A stretch of 63,830 nt of DNA, counting the filler, from Reticulomyxa filosa (lineage: Eukaryota > Protista > Foraminifera): assembly GCA_000512085.1 (NCBI GenBank). It is 20 parts of 20 records of this genome, joined end to end, with 100 filler letters (N's around TTAATTAATTAA, not from the genome) between each part and the next. Parts side by side here need not be neighbours in the genome. Positions count along the whole stretch, not along the records: positions 25,668 to 27,421 come from ASPP01003908.1; positions 27,522 to 30,696 come from ASPP01045115.1; positions 30,797 to 33,180 come from ASPP01023881.1; positions 33,281 to 36,530 come from ASPP01002937.1; positions 36,631 to 38,938 come from ASPP01044038.1; 15 more parts are not named here. The stretch is one strand, 5' to 3'. Positions 25,668 to 37,319 of this stretch are shown one piece after another; the first letter of the stretch is position 1; each line of letters begins with the position of its first letter. The translations under genes were made by a program, and so were the position numbers. Below the pieces are notes generated by a model. The model did no database searches, was not told where the DNA came from, and saw only the letters and a program-made list of their open reading frames with translations.

Positions 25668-26890
25668 CTTGAGTGCCATCCAACACGTCGCCAATGGTCA
25701 ATAGTCAATCCGGATGCATTTTAGTAAAGATAATATGCATTTGTTCCTACAAACGCAAGACAAACGACTCTTGCAGTGATGGAGCCAGAAAATGCAACAA
25801 ACTCGCTCTATTCACCAATTATCAAAGACCAATGTTGCCTTGCGAGCTTACCATTTCTTCCATCAACACGCTCATGGTTCAAAACCCAACATTTGCGCAT
25901 TTGCGCACGCACACAACCAGTTTCGGTTGTTGTCCTGAGCTGATACAATTAACGCTCCATTTTCACTACGACCAAGTTTCCATTGCTCGTTCGTTGGCAC
26001 CAGTAGCTCGAAGTTCGACACCATCTTTGCCGCTAATTGTTGGCGTGACACAGCAACAGAAACTTGTGTCTGTTTACGTTGGATGGTAAACAAGTCTTTG
26101 AAATATTTCGTGCCACCACTGCTACACTTTCCATTGGAAGGGGGGCACTACTTGAGGTTAGTATACGTCCACGAGTGGCGATTTTGCGCTTTCGGGACAT
26201 AAAAAGCAAATTAATAACAAATTGCAATAAAGCCAGCAAACTGTTTTTTTTTTTTTTTCTTTAAGCAAATCCAACTTGATACTATTTTTCTCTCTTCATC
26301 ATCCCCCCTCTTTCCATTCTTTCTTGCCGGTGTCTTGGAGTTTCGGCAAAGCATTTTTTTTCTTTTATTCATCATACTCCTACTTACCATCTTTTTCTTG
26401 CTTGCCACTCTTAACAGCAGATTTTTCTTGTTCTTTGAAGTTTGAAATTGCACTTTGACGCCATCTTTGCTGATAATTGTTGATTTGGCACATCGCCAGA
26501 ATCTTGTATATCTATGTTGATAGCCAAGTTATTTCCCACTCCTTCTCCATCGCCGTTGCGACACCATACTTTTCTACTTTGCGTATTGATACATTTTTCT
26601 TTTTTTTCTTCTAACTGAGCTTTCTTTCATTGTCCAGAGGTAAGAGCCAACTTTCCGTGCTTGAACTGAAAGAATCTTGTCCAAACATTCCACATAGCCT
26701 GACCAAGATTTAAAGTTGCGAATGTGCGTATGTACACAATCCGTTTTGGCACGAGTTCCCAATTTCTGTGTTGACAAAGAGGACGTCGAACTGTGACCTA
26801 TAGGCGCCAACGAAGATTTGATATGCAGACACCATGAAAAGCGCAAACTTTGGCGCTGGCCACGCCAATAATTATCATACAGGCCCAACA
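25668..26890 (-). pseudogene. Degenerate multi-copy coding-like element, copy 2, with internal repeat
   Basis: Homologous to 15300-15900; 26455-26530 repeats 26015-26095 (ACAAG.TTCTG..CAACAATTA.C.GCAAAGATGG.GTC). Confidence 0.6.
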
Positions 26891-27070
26891 CGAGCCACTT
26901 TCTTCTATTCTTTCATTTCCACCCCTTTACCCCTTTTACTTTTTTTCTTTTTTTTTCTTCTTTTTATTCTCTTTTTATTTCTCTTTTTAGTTCTTTTTTT
27001 TTTCAAATTTTTCAACATTTATTATTTTTTTATTTATAATTCTTTTTTATTTTTTTCTAATTTTTTGAAT

Positions 27071-27132
27071 TTTTCTTAAATAAAATTTATAGTTTTCTTA
27101 AATAAAATTTATAGTTTTCTTAAATAAAATTT
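27071..27132. repeat. 22-bp tandem repeat TTTTCTTAAATAAAATTTATAG, about 2.8 copies
   Basis: Exact copies at 27071 and 27093, partial at 27115. Confidence 0.9.
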
Positions 27133-27138
27133 TTATCA

Positions 27139-27293
27139 TTTTTCCCCATCTTTTCCCAACATCTCCCCATCTTTTCCCAACTATTTCCCCATCTTTTCCC
27201 AACATCTCCCCATCATCTCCCAACAACTTTTCCCAACTATCTCCCCATCTTCTCCCAACAACTTTTCCAATCTTTTTCCAACCATTTTCCCAC
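27139..27293. repeat. C-rich minisatellite, unit about ATCTCCCCATCTTTTCCCAAC
   Basis: Repeated CCCCATC / TTTTCCCAAC subunits with no G on the plus strand. Confidence 0.9.
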
Positions 27294-27545
27294 TTGTTTT
27301 TTTCCCCTCAAAATATAAAAAATAAAAAAATAAAAAAAAACCTTTCCAATTGCGATTTGACTTTGGTTCCTATTTGTACATTCATAAAAGTAAATTTTTT
27401 TCATTTAAAAAAACAAACAAANNNNNNNNNNNNNNNNNNNNNNNNNNNNNNNNNNNNNNNNNNNNTTAATTAATTAANNNNNNNNNNNNNNNNNNNNNNN
27501 NNNNNNNNNNNNNNNNNNNNNTTAGTTCGTCGACAAGACGGATCG

Positions 27546-29420
27546 TTGTTAACAACAAACGAAGCAAATCAGTTGTTTGAAACGATCCGAAGGACATTGG
27601 AAGAGTTAGAATCAGACAATGAAAGACGAAGACAGTGGGCAGAGCAAATTCAAAGCGAAGAAGAAGAAGACATAATGTACGACGACGATCTGAATGTGAG
27701 CGGAACGGGTACGAAAGGCCAAGGCAAAGCAAAGGGCAAAATCACAAGAGGACAAGTGGACAAAGAGCAAGTCAAGACATTTGAATCGAAGATTAACGCG
27801 ATAAAAATAGAAAATTTAATGAAGCAAATCCGAACATTAGATTTGAAGAGCACTTTGTTTGGAGAGCGTTTGTTGGGTAGTCATTTTGTGGTCAAGTATC
27901 ACGAATGGAAATCGACACATATCTACGAAGCCATTGAAACGGAGCGCATTAAAATGGGTGAGAGTTTTGTCGAAAGCTTTCAAAAATTTAAAAAGCAATT
28001 ATTTGGATGGCATCAATTTGTCGCTATGGACATGGAAAATGCATGGTCACTGGTTGAAGACATTACTGAAGATCAAGCTCATAAATTAGGTATATTAAAT
28101 AAATAAATATTTTTTTTTTAAAAAAAATATATTAATACTTACATTTTTAAATCATATCATATAAAAAAAAAAAAAAATAAGGCCAATTAGCGCAAGGAGA
28201 AGATGTAAAAGGTAAAGTAAGTGTTCAAGCAGAGAATGTTGGCGAGAAATTGATTAGCTATATTCGACTGAATATTGCATTACATACAAACAATTCAATG
28301 AGATTGAACAAAGCTTATGAAAGCATTGCCACGTTTAAAAACTTGAATCTGTTGGACGATGATGAAACTATGCTGGCATTTTGTGCTACTCCTTTTTTAG
28401 GTCGCTGGCAAGATATGGAACGCTTGGGTGATAATCTGATCGAAAATTTACGGCAGCATCAATGTAAAGAAATGAATAATCCTAATTTGAAAGTATCCAA
28501 AACACAAATTAAAAATTTCATGCGACAACTTCCGACTGGTTTTGATTTTTATACCTGTTACGAAATGTGTAAAGAGGACGAAGAAAATAACTCTTCTATC
28601 AATCAAAAATTTCCTGCTTTAAGCAAATGCTTATTCACAAGCAATGATAAAAAACTTGATATTACCAATCCAAAACTCAGTTGGGGATGGTATGCTATTG
28701 AACACTTTCATCAACAGATTCTTCAAGTTGATTGCGGAAACACTCATTTATGGCTGCGAGATTATTACATGGGATCTTCTACAGACTCAAAAGAAAATAC
28801 TTTCAATGCTATGTGGAGCAAACTAATTTTAGATCATTCTATTTTCCACAAAATGGGTTTGTTACATACAAATATTTTTCAACAAATCCATATATTACAT
28901 CCATAAATAAAATATGATAGATATGTAACGTTACATGTGTGTCAAAGGTGCGGTATGCCAATTATTTACAATATATGGTATTAATCCTAAGGATGCCAAA
29001 AAAATGACTGGAAATTTACATCGCGATAACGAATTTGCGAAATTGTGTGGACACTTACCCAATCGATTACACGGTATTTGGATGAATCCTGCCATGAAGC
29101 AATATAAACTAGCAGGATTGGACAAGGAACACATCCATTTAAGAGTTAGAAGCAATATTCCAGTTCGCATTGACAACAGTGATGTACAAGATTGTGTGAT
29201 GGTACACAAAGAGTCGTGGACTTTATGTAAGACACATGACTATCATAATAAAGGTAAAATTGGTGGTGTTTTTGAAGGTACCATTAAAGTACAACAATGG
29301 ATGACTGACAAAACTGGACATTTCTTGTTAGTTCCTAATGCACCCCATCATGTGGAAATTGAAACAAAATGTCAACTTGCCATGGTTCAAGAAACAAATC
29401 CGCAAAATTTTATTGATTAA
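27546..29420 (+). CDS. Hypothetical protein, 5'-truncated, three exons
   Basis: Three long ORFs joined in frame by introns 28090-28181 and about 28858-28947; no family recognised. Confidence 0.75.
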
Positions 29421-30160
29421 ATGTTTCAAATTACTTTAATTGTCATTTATGGGGGAAAATAAAAAAAAAGATAAACATTTTCATTTTCTATTATTAAATT
29501 TGAATTTGTAATATGTTTCAATTTTATTTTAATCTTTTTCGTGAGTGATTCTGTGATTGAATTGATTGAATTGATTTATGTAGTTTATCCATCTGTTTGC
29601 ATTGGATCAGAATACTTTCTTTTATCTTATTGAATATCCTTATGTCATTAAAGTGTTTACTATTCTCACAGGGGAAAAACAAAAAAATGTAGACCTATTT
29701 TCATCTTTTTTAGAGTCACTTATAAAAATGTATTATTTATTTTTAATTTCTGGAATAAAAAAAAATATTTCATCAAACAAAGCAATCCAGTGTACCATTT
29801 TAAAATTGATTTGAAATATGTTCGAAGCAAGGCCCTTTTCTTTTACAAAGCCATTGTTAGCATGCATAAAGCTAAAAATAAAACCACCAAAAAAAAAAAC
29901 AATGGAAAAAAAGAGACCAAACAAAGAAGAAAAAAAGAAAAAAAGAAAAAAAAGAGAATATGATAAAAAAAAAAATTGTATAAAACTCGACACAAAAATC
30001 TAAACAAGCATTTATGAACAAATCGAAAAAAAAAAAAAAGATTCAAAATGAATCAGGATTTTTCGATGAATACAAATATTTTAAAAAAAAAGCGAAAGTA
30101 TTCAGAGGAAGAAAAAAAAAAAAGCAAACTAATAAAACCAACAAACAAAATAAAATTTTT

Positions 30161-30696
30161 TTATTCCCAGACCAGACATTCCAGTACTGGACTTGTAACA
30201 CTTTGTGGTACAAGTGCTACTGTATGAGCAGATTCAAAACAAGTACTCTCTTCGTCTATTTCCAACGATGGTGGTAAATCACTTGTCATATTTCCCTTTT
30301 TAGATGACAATTCTGCCTTCTTTTCTTCAAACCTTTTTTTTTGTATTAAATATAATATTGTGTTTGTTTGGCATGTGCTGCATATTTATTTATTTTTTAA
30401 ATTGTCACATGTCTCTTTATTTTCCTAAAAAAAAGAGAAAATAATAAATATAATGGCTTAACCAAGAATGTGTTAATAATTGATTAATTGTAATCCTCTT
30501 GGAAGGATTCACTTCTAGACATCGATGTAGCAAATCTTGCGCACTTTTGGAAACAAGTGCATGTGAATCTTCATTATTCACTTCTTCGAGTCCATTTGCA
30601 ATACTTTCTCGCATTTCTTCTTCGGTGTCACCATCAAATGGATATACTCCATATAACATCACATACATCAAAACGCCCAATGACCAGATATCAACA
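30161..30696 (-). CDS. CAMK-family protein kinase, 3' end
   Basis: VDIWSLGVLMYVMLYGVYPFDG..VSKSAQDLLHRCLEVNPSKRITINQLLTHSWL, plus a last exon ending CLVWE*. Confidence 0.88.
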
Positions 30697-30796
30697 NNNN
30701 NNNNNNNNNNNNNNNNNNNNNNNNNNNNNNNNNNNNNNNNTTAATTAATTAANNNNNNNNNNNNNNNNNNNNNNNNNNNNNNNNNNNNNNNNNNNN

Positions 30797-30833
<37 letters not shown>

Positions 30834-30879
30834 GTATGTACATATTTCTTTATATTTGTATGTGTATGTACATGTATAG

Positions 30880-31074
30880 AATCTTTTACCAGAATTAAAG
30901 TTTGGATTGGCTGATCCTTCTCAAGAATTCTTTGATGATAAATTGCCATCCTTGGCGAAAAAACACATTGATCGCTGTCGAAAACAGCTGAAGATTTGGT
31001 GTGGTGATAGCGACTTTGTCATACCCGATGTTTTACCTCCGCTCACTGAGAAAAAGACGGAGAAAAAAGACTAA
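30880..31074 (+). CDS. Terminal exon of an unidentified gene
   Basis: After a TAG acceptor: NLLPELKFGLADPSQEFFDDKLPSLAKKHIDRCRKQLKIWCGDSDFVIPDVLPPLTEKKTEKKD*. Confidence 0.6.
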   Translation, partial: NLLPELKFGLADPSQEFFDDKLPSLAKKHIDRCRKQLKIWCGDSDFVIPDVLPPLTEKKTEKKD

Positions 31075-31725
31075 CAATCATGACGTCTTTTGCTAATTCA
31101 TATCTTTTTTTTTAATACATGATGTTTTTCAGACGTTTGGTCGCTCTTTTTTTTTTTTTTTGGTTTTGGTCTGGTCTTCTCTCTCTCTCTCTCTGGTTTT
31201 TGCAGCTTCACCACTTATCTGGGTCTGACTGTCTTTGCTCACTTCCCACAATTTGCAGATATTTATTATGCTCTTGTGTTTGTGTGTTTGCGTTTTTTTA
31301 GTTTTTAAAAGGAGTGAAAACACTTCTCTTGACAGCAAAAGTTTTTCTGTTGTTTACTGGAAAGAAGAAGGAAAGGAGCAAGGAAATTGAAGAAAACAAT
31401 ACAATTAACGTGTTAATTTTTACTGCGTGGCTTGTTCAACCACCAATGGTTTGAACAACCTCCTTCAATATCAAAGGATGCCTTTATTTAATTACAAGCC
31501 GTCTTATCTTTCATCAAAGCAAAGAGTACCTCTTTTGACTTTGTTCCACCGACTTTTATATTTGTCTTGTTTGGACTGCGTCAACACATACCATATTTGA
31601 ACAAAGAGTCTTACGAAAGAACTCGTTTGCCAGCAGAGGAAATTGAGCAGCAAAAACGGGATCTTAGGGAAAGGCTGGGGAAAAAAAGAACGTTGTGACA
31701 CGACAAGGCCTTTTGTCCGCTGTTG

Positions 31726-32844
31726 ATGGATACTGCCACCTCTTCGCCAAAAAAAAATGATTCGACAGTTCATCGCAGAGTTTCTAGTATCACTTTAAGA
31801 AAAAAACAGAGGCCAACTCTGAGAACAGAACCGTCGTTTGTGAAGAACAAAGAAACAGACGCAAACACAACGTTTTGGAATGAGTTGTATCGCGAAGGGA
31901 ACATAGGAAACATAGTTGGTCGGAACTATGAAACCTTAATAACAAAAGAGGATGCATTGTTAATATTGTGCAATTATATCCACATTAATGAGGAAAGTTT
32001 GGACATAAATCACCCATTGATTGAATTGCTATCAAACCAATCGATTCGTCATTTACGACACAGGATCCAAACCGACACGAATTTTTTTCTCATTGTCCAA
32101 AAGTATCTAACGCAATTGTGCGAGCAACATCAGCCCATTTGTTATTCGTTTCTGAATGGATGCAACGTGGAAGACGAGAAGCAGACGCACGAACAATCCG
32201 CATACCAACCGTTGAGTCATGCTCACGCAACAAGCGATGACAGTCTGCATTTTGTGGAGACAGAAGCCATGTATGAGCAAGAAGCTTTATTTGATGACGA
32301 ACGTTTCGTACCTTTATTTTTATTTTCATTCTTTATTTTTATCATTTTTGTTTTTTTTATTGTTTTGTAGTGTGCTACCAATTATGTGGTGTATGTATAT
32401 ATAAAATATATATGTCTATATACGTATCTATGTGTATGTATACATGTGTCATACTACATTGCTTGTGTACGTGAATATATAGAGGAACGGCAATTCACTT
32501 ACGATTGGGAGATTAAAAAAGACGAAACGAAAGATACGAAAGAAAATGTGAGAGAAGGAAGGACCAACAATAATGAACCTGCAAAAAGCCAGGAAAGAAA
32601 GAGCGATATATACGAGGGATCGATTATGCTGACACCAATGGCGAGTCTCAAGCTTAGCTTGGATGCCATTAGCAACAGTCAAAGTCAGAGCAATAGCAAC
32701 ACCAAACGAACAAAAACCTCGCACAGACCTCTTCAAACGCTGTCCATCAGTGTGACTTCGGAAAATGGAACTGTGTTGACTTTGGTGCCATTGGTTGACA
32801 GGTCGTCCAATCCTTTGGCCAACGCTACCAACGACGGGCATTAG
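31726..32844 (+). CDS. Hypothetical protein, two exons
   Basis: ORFs 31723-32370 and 32386-32844 separated by a T-rich/TATG-rich intron-like stretch. Confidence 0.6.
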
Positions 32845-33351
32845 CTGCGGCGCATGTCCATTTTTTTTTTTCTCCTAAATTTGATGGTGGCCAAGAAAAA
32901 AAAAACCCTCCGTTAAGATAGAAAAGAGAGATGTACTTTCAACCCAACAATTTTAACGTTTTACATTTTTTCTTTCTGTCAACCAATCAATAACTAAATT
33001 CACTTCTTTTTTTTATTTGTTCAATGTTTAATATTGCATCAAAGGAAAAAAAAAAAAACACAATGAAATAAGACATAAATAACTTTGATGTTATATTCTT
33101 GTAGACGTCCTCTACTTTTTGTTTTTAAATTTTTCTTCATTTTGTGTTTTCTTTTTTTCTTGTGTTGCTAAGTTGTTTTCNNNNNNNNNNNNNNNNNNNN
33201 NNNNNNNNNNNNNNNNNNNNNNNNTTAATTAATTAANNNNNNNNNNNNNNNNNNNNNNNNNNNNNNNNNNNNNNNNNNNNTGGCTCCCCTAATATAACAT
33301 GTATCTAAATGTTAGCAATCCCTTATTTTAAATGCTTTGGAATAACTATTG

Positions 33352-33380
33352 TTGACTTAAAAGGCGTAAATTCATAAAAT
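33352..33380 (+). promoter_or_regulatory. Bacterial sigma70 promoter for pdxST
   Basis: TTGACT (33352-33357), 17-nt spacer, TAAAAT (33375-33380), 34 nt before the pdxS ATG. Confidence 0.75.
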
Positions 33381-33414
33381 TGTAGGCATAAGTATCAATT
33401 GACTTAGGTTCAAT

Positions 33415-34299
33415 ATGTCACAGACGAAAAGAATCCCAGTTAAAGAAGGTTTGGCTGAGATGCTAAAGGGAGGTGTCATTATGGATGTGGTTTCAGTTGA
33501 ACAAGCGAAGATTGCAGAAGATGCTGGGGCGGTTGCGGTAATGGCATTGGAACGTGTACCTGCTGATATTCGTAAAGAAGGAGGTGTGGTGCGTATGACT
33601 TCTCCAAAATTAATTGAATCAATAAAAAAGGCTGTAGACATTCCTGTTATGGCTAAATGCCGTATTGGACATTTTGTTGAGGCGCAAGTTTTGGAAGAAT
33701 TGGAGGTGGATTTTATTGATGAAAGCGAAGTACTTACTCCTGCAGATGAAGAATATCAAATCAACAAGCATCAATTTAGAATTCCATTTGTGTGTGGTGC
33801 TACGAATTTAGGTGAGGCTTTGCGTCGAATAGGTGAGGGCGCGGCATTAATTCGCACCAAAGGAGAAGCGGGAACTGGAAATATAGTTCAAGGGGTAAAG
33901 CATTTGCGGTTACTTCGCCAAGAGATTCAAAGAATAATCAGTTTAGATGTAAACGAACTTATGACTGAAGCGAAACATTTAGGTGCGTCTTATGAATTAT
34001 TATGTCGTATACAAGAAGAGAAAAGGTTACCAGTACCTCAATTTGCTGCTGGTGGTATTGCAACTCCAGCAGATGCGGCGCTAGCTATGCAGCTTGGAGC
34101 AGAGAGTGTTTTTGTTGGTTCAGGAATTTTTAAGTCTTCAAACCCGAAAGCTTATGCTAAAGCCATAGTCAAGGCTGTGGCAGGTTATGATTCGCCAAAA
34201 ATAGTTTTAGAGGCTTCATATGATTTACCAAGTGCTATGCAGGGAATAAGTATAGAAGATATGACGCCAGTACAAAAAATGGAAAATCGTGGGTGGTAA
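33415..34299 (+). CDS. pdxS: Pyridoxal 5'-phosphate synthase lyase subunit PdxS (bacterial)
   Basis: [88 protein letters not shown]; intronless, 294 aa. Confidence 0.98.
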   Translation: MSQTKRIPVKEGLAEMLKGGVIMDVVSVEQAKIAEDAGAVAVMALERVPADIRKEGGVVRMTSPKLIESIKKAVDIPVMAKCRIGHFVEAQVLEELEVDFIDESEVLTPADEEYQINKHQFRIPFVCGATNLGEALRRIGEGAALIRTKGEAGTGNIVQGVKHLRLLRQEIQRIISLDVNELMTEAKHLGASYELLCRIQEEKRLPVPQFAAGGIATPADAALAMQLGAESVFVGSGIFKSSNPKAYAKAIVKAVAGYDSPKIVLEASYDLPSAMQGISIEDMTPVQKMENRGW

Positions 34300-34853
34300 T
34301 GCGTATTGGGGTATTAGCGCTACAAGGTTGCGTAGAGCCACATAAAGCTCATATAGAGGCAATGGGGATAACAATGGTTCCTATTCGTTATCCGCAAGAC
34401 TGTATAAATATTGATGGATATATACTGCCTGGCGGGGAAAGCAGTGCTATGTTAAAGCTCATAAAAATAATGGATATGCATGAAATCCTAATTAAAGAAT
34501 GGAAGCGTATTCCTGTGTGGGGTGTTTGTGCTGGGGCGATACTATTGGCAACTAATGTGAAGTCACCTAAGCAAAGTAGTTATGGCATTATGGATTTTTT
34601 AGTAACGCGTAATGCTTATGGTGCTCAAATTGTGAGTCATTATACCACTATAAGTGATTATGAAGTCGCATTTATTAGGGCTCCAAAAATCTCTCAATGT
34701 TCTTCTGATATTAAAATTATGTCTACTTATGAAGGTACGCCAGTATGGGTCGTAAATTCACATGCAATGGCTACAACTTTTCATCCTGAGTTGAATAACA
34801 ACTACCCATCCCCAATGCACAAGTTTTTTATTGAAGAGCTGTGTAAGAGATAA
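34299..34853 (+). CDS. pdxT: PLP synthase glutaminase subunit PdxT (bacterial)
   Basis: [46 protein letters not shown]; its ATG overlaps the pdxS stop (TAATG). Confidence 0.97.
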   Translation: MRIGVLALQGCVEPHKAHIEAMGITMVPIRYPQDCINIDGYILPGGESSAMLKLIKIMDMHEILIKEWKRIPVWGVCAGAILLATNVKSPKQSSYGIMDFLVTRNAYGAQIVSHYTTISDYEVAFIRAPKISQCSSDIKIMSTYEGTPVWVVNSHAMATTFHPELNNNYPSPMHKFFIEELCKR

Positions 34854-34968
34854 GTTATCCGCTGCCCATCATATCCCATATTTTGAAGGGGTATACAGCT
34901 ACTTTATTCCCTACATATCCATATACTAGGGATTGTATAGATAATATGCTTCGCATAAAGAGCCTAAG

Positions 34969-35695
34969 CTAAATTTCGCATGTATTGGCACTTGCTGAAA
35001 ATTCTTGGTTAGAAGGCAAATAGCTATGCATTTCTAAATATTTAAGTTGATATTTGGCTACATCATCTAAATCTTTTTCTTCAAAATCACAAAATAGGTT
35101 TATTTTAGCTTCTAAATAATGTATTCCATGAAACTCAAATTTACTATCTAATGCTTGATTTACTTCATCCAAATTTTTAAAAGAGTCATCAATCATTGTG
35201 ATAACTTTAATATTGTTTAAGCTCTCTAATTCAAGTAATTTATTTAATATCAACCCTTTATTATTTGGCTTTGCCGTTACCGGATTATAGCCAGTGATGC
35301 CTGAATCTACCACTTCCTTATCAATTAATAAGCTTGTTGTAGAGAATTGCATTCCTACTTTAGAAACTGCTTGGTGGGTTTCATCTTTAAATTTGATTGT
35401 TCTAGCAGTAAATCCAAACACAGGCTTTTCAAACGAAAGCTTAGAGAAGTCTTGTATAAGTTGAGTATTAACAGGAATATAAGTTGTACTATTTAGGCAC
35501 TGATAAAAATGTTTTATTAAAGTATAAGAATCCAGAACATCTTTATTTTGTGAGTGATATCTACTATACGCTGCTACATGTATATTGTGCAGGTGTTATT
35601 ACTACATCATCTAAATCTAACAATATTAAATCAGCTTGTGAAATAAGCTCTTTTATTGTTTGGTAATTATATATTGGCATTGTCGTAATAGTCAT
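34969..35695 (-). pseudogene. DUF2608-like HAD-superfamily hydrolase, frameshifted near 35568
   Basis: Frame 1 MTITTMPIYNYQTIKELISQADLILLDLDDVVITPAQYTCSS (motif I); shifted frame YSRYHSQ..VFGFTAR (II)..NNKG (III)..MIDDSFKNL (IV)..FHGIHY. Confidence 0.75.
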
Positions 35696-36246
35696 AATCT
35701 ATATATCTTGTTGCAAATACGTTCTCTTATATAGCAGAAGGAATGTAAAGGCAAAGCCTTTCCTTTTATTTTTAGAAGTATTTGTGCCGAATCCTCTAAC
35801 AATTACATTTTTAATTATTTTTTATTCCTAAGAGGATCTTAGTTAAATTTGCAACTAAAATAGATAAGTTCCTTTTAGACATAACTAGCGGCTTTACACT
35901 GAACATGCTATTTTTCCTTCATCAACATTTGCCTTAAGAGCTGACTAGATTTCTTTAGATTTTTGTAATTGGAATTTAAAAGATCTTTTAAACTCATATC
36001 GGTTTCTTTTATCAAATCAAAAAACCAGGCTTGCAAAAAAGCAGGGTTTCAAGTAAAAGCTAAAGCTTAACAAATATATAAGTAAGTATAGTTAAGAGGG
36101 GAAATTAAAAAGTTGACGTTTTGCACATGACCGACAAAAATCAAAATAACAAAACGCTCAGAATTTCTTTATTTTGATTCAGAGGATTAGAAAGGTCAAG
36201 TAGAAAATCGCCGAAGAGATAAAAAATATTTTGGAGATAAAATACT

Positions 36247-36530
36247 ATGAAAAAGACCGTAAATACTGCAGCAAACAGATATTCTAAGGAAAAAAGCCAG
36301 GAAAAATTTATTAATTTTAAGGGTGTCTTTTCATCCGAAACTATAAATCCTCTCCAAGAAAAGAATATTTTTCAACGCCATGATGAAATGGAACAGCTGG
36401 GAAATGAATTGATCAAAGGCAAAGGGCAGCTTTAGCAACAAGAGTATTCGACTTTTTCCTTTCCAAAGCTGATAATAGTAGTGGGGTGTCCTTGCCCCGT
36501 AAAATTGATGCAGAACTTGGTTAGTAAAAA
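36247..36530 (+). mobile_element. Degenerate IS5-family transposase N-terminus (probable)
   Basis: SQEKFINFKGVF..INP, then after a stop QQEY..F..VGCPCPVKLM, resembling the IS5 pattern QxxF..L(D/N)P..EY..GRPxxPxRLM; cut by contig end. Confidence 0.4.
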
Positions 36531-36639
36531 NNNNNNNNNNNNNNNNNNNNNNNNNNNNNNNNNNNNNNNNNNNNTTAATTAATTAANNNNNNNNNNNNNN
36601 NNNNNNNNNNNNNNNNNNNNNNNNNNNNNNATGTACACT

Positions 36640-37316
36640 GACACTTGATACGTGTCTTTTACGCGCGTCCATTCCTGCTTCGTCTCCGCGTGCTCCCACT
36701 CCCAGTACTCGGTGCGCAACATCGCATTCGCTATGCCCGCTGTCACCATCATGCGCACAAAGTCTCCATTCGATGTCACGTGCTCCAGCTCGCTCTCCTT
36801 CTCCTCGTCGTCGCTCACTCCAAACGATCGCAGCCATTGTCTCATCGCTTCAAATGACGACGGGTCCTGCTTCAACATCTCGTGCACTTCCGATAACGAC
36901 TTGTGCTGTCCGTACTTTGGAGATGACGGGTCCGATATTTCTTTCATTTCCTCGTGAAACTCTTTATTTTTTTTTTTTTATCATATGCATATAAACATAT
37001 ACATATATGTATATGTATATGCACATGCTAATACTTTTTTAACCTTCGACACGTTGCTGTCTCAATGCAAATGTCAATGGACCTTTTCGTCGTCCGCCAT
37101 TTTGCGCTTCAAAACCCATGTCTTTTGGCTGCGTCGATTTGTACTCACTCGCTCACTGATGTTGTGTACAGGTATAGCGCTATCAACGACTACAGCAAAA
37201 ATATCAACTCCAACAGTCTCGGTGTCCAGCGCTACTTTATGGGCTTCACCTGCAAATATTTTGTTATTAGATTGCAGTAATATTAAAGCATCAAATTTAA
37301 TTATATTCATGTACAA
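36640..37316 (-). CDS. Sedolisin/tripeptidyl-peptidase I (S53) prodomain, 1-nt frameshift at 37079-37080
   Basis: WVLKRKMADDEKV(P)LTFALRQQRVE|EFHEEMKEISDPSSPKYGQHKSLSEV..MRQWLRSFG..GDFVRM..ANAMLRTEY matches the pro-kumamolisin activation domain. Confidence 0.88.
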
Positions 37317-37319
37317 TGT

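Noticed and set aside
27139-27293. Telomeric repeat
   Set aside because: Irregular unit of about 21 nt and not at the contig end.
28921-28947. In-frame TAA at 28926 as evidence of stop-codon reassignment or a pseudogene
   Set aside because: An AAG acceptor at 28947 skips it in frame, and intact genes here end in TAA, TAG and TGA normally.
29733-30277. Lys- or Phe-rich ORFs
   Set aside because: Translations of poly-A/T tracts in the region between convergent genes.
34854-34968. Intrinsic terminator between pdxT and the HAD gene
   Set aside because: Only a weak 6-bp stem (TCCCTA/TAGGGA) with a long loop and no U-tract.
33281-36530. pdxST as a bacterial gene transfer into the host nuclear genome
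   Set aside because: The whole contig is bacterial in style with no host-like flank; neighbours across linkers are not physically linked.
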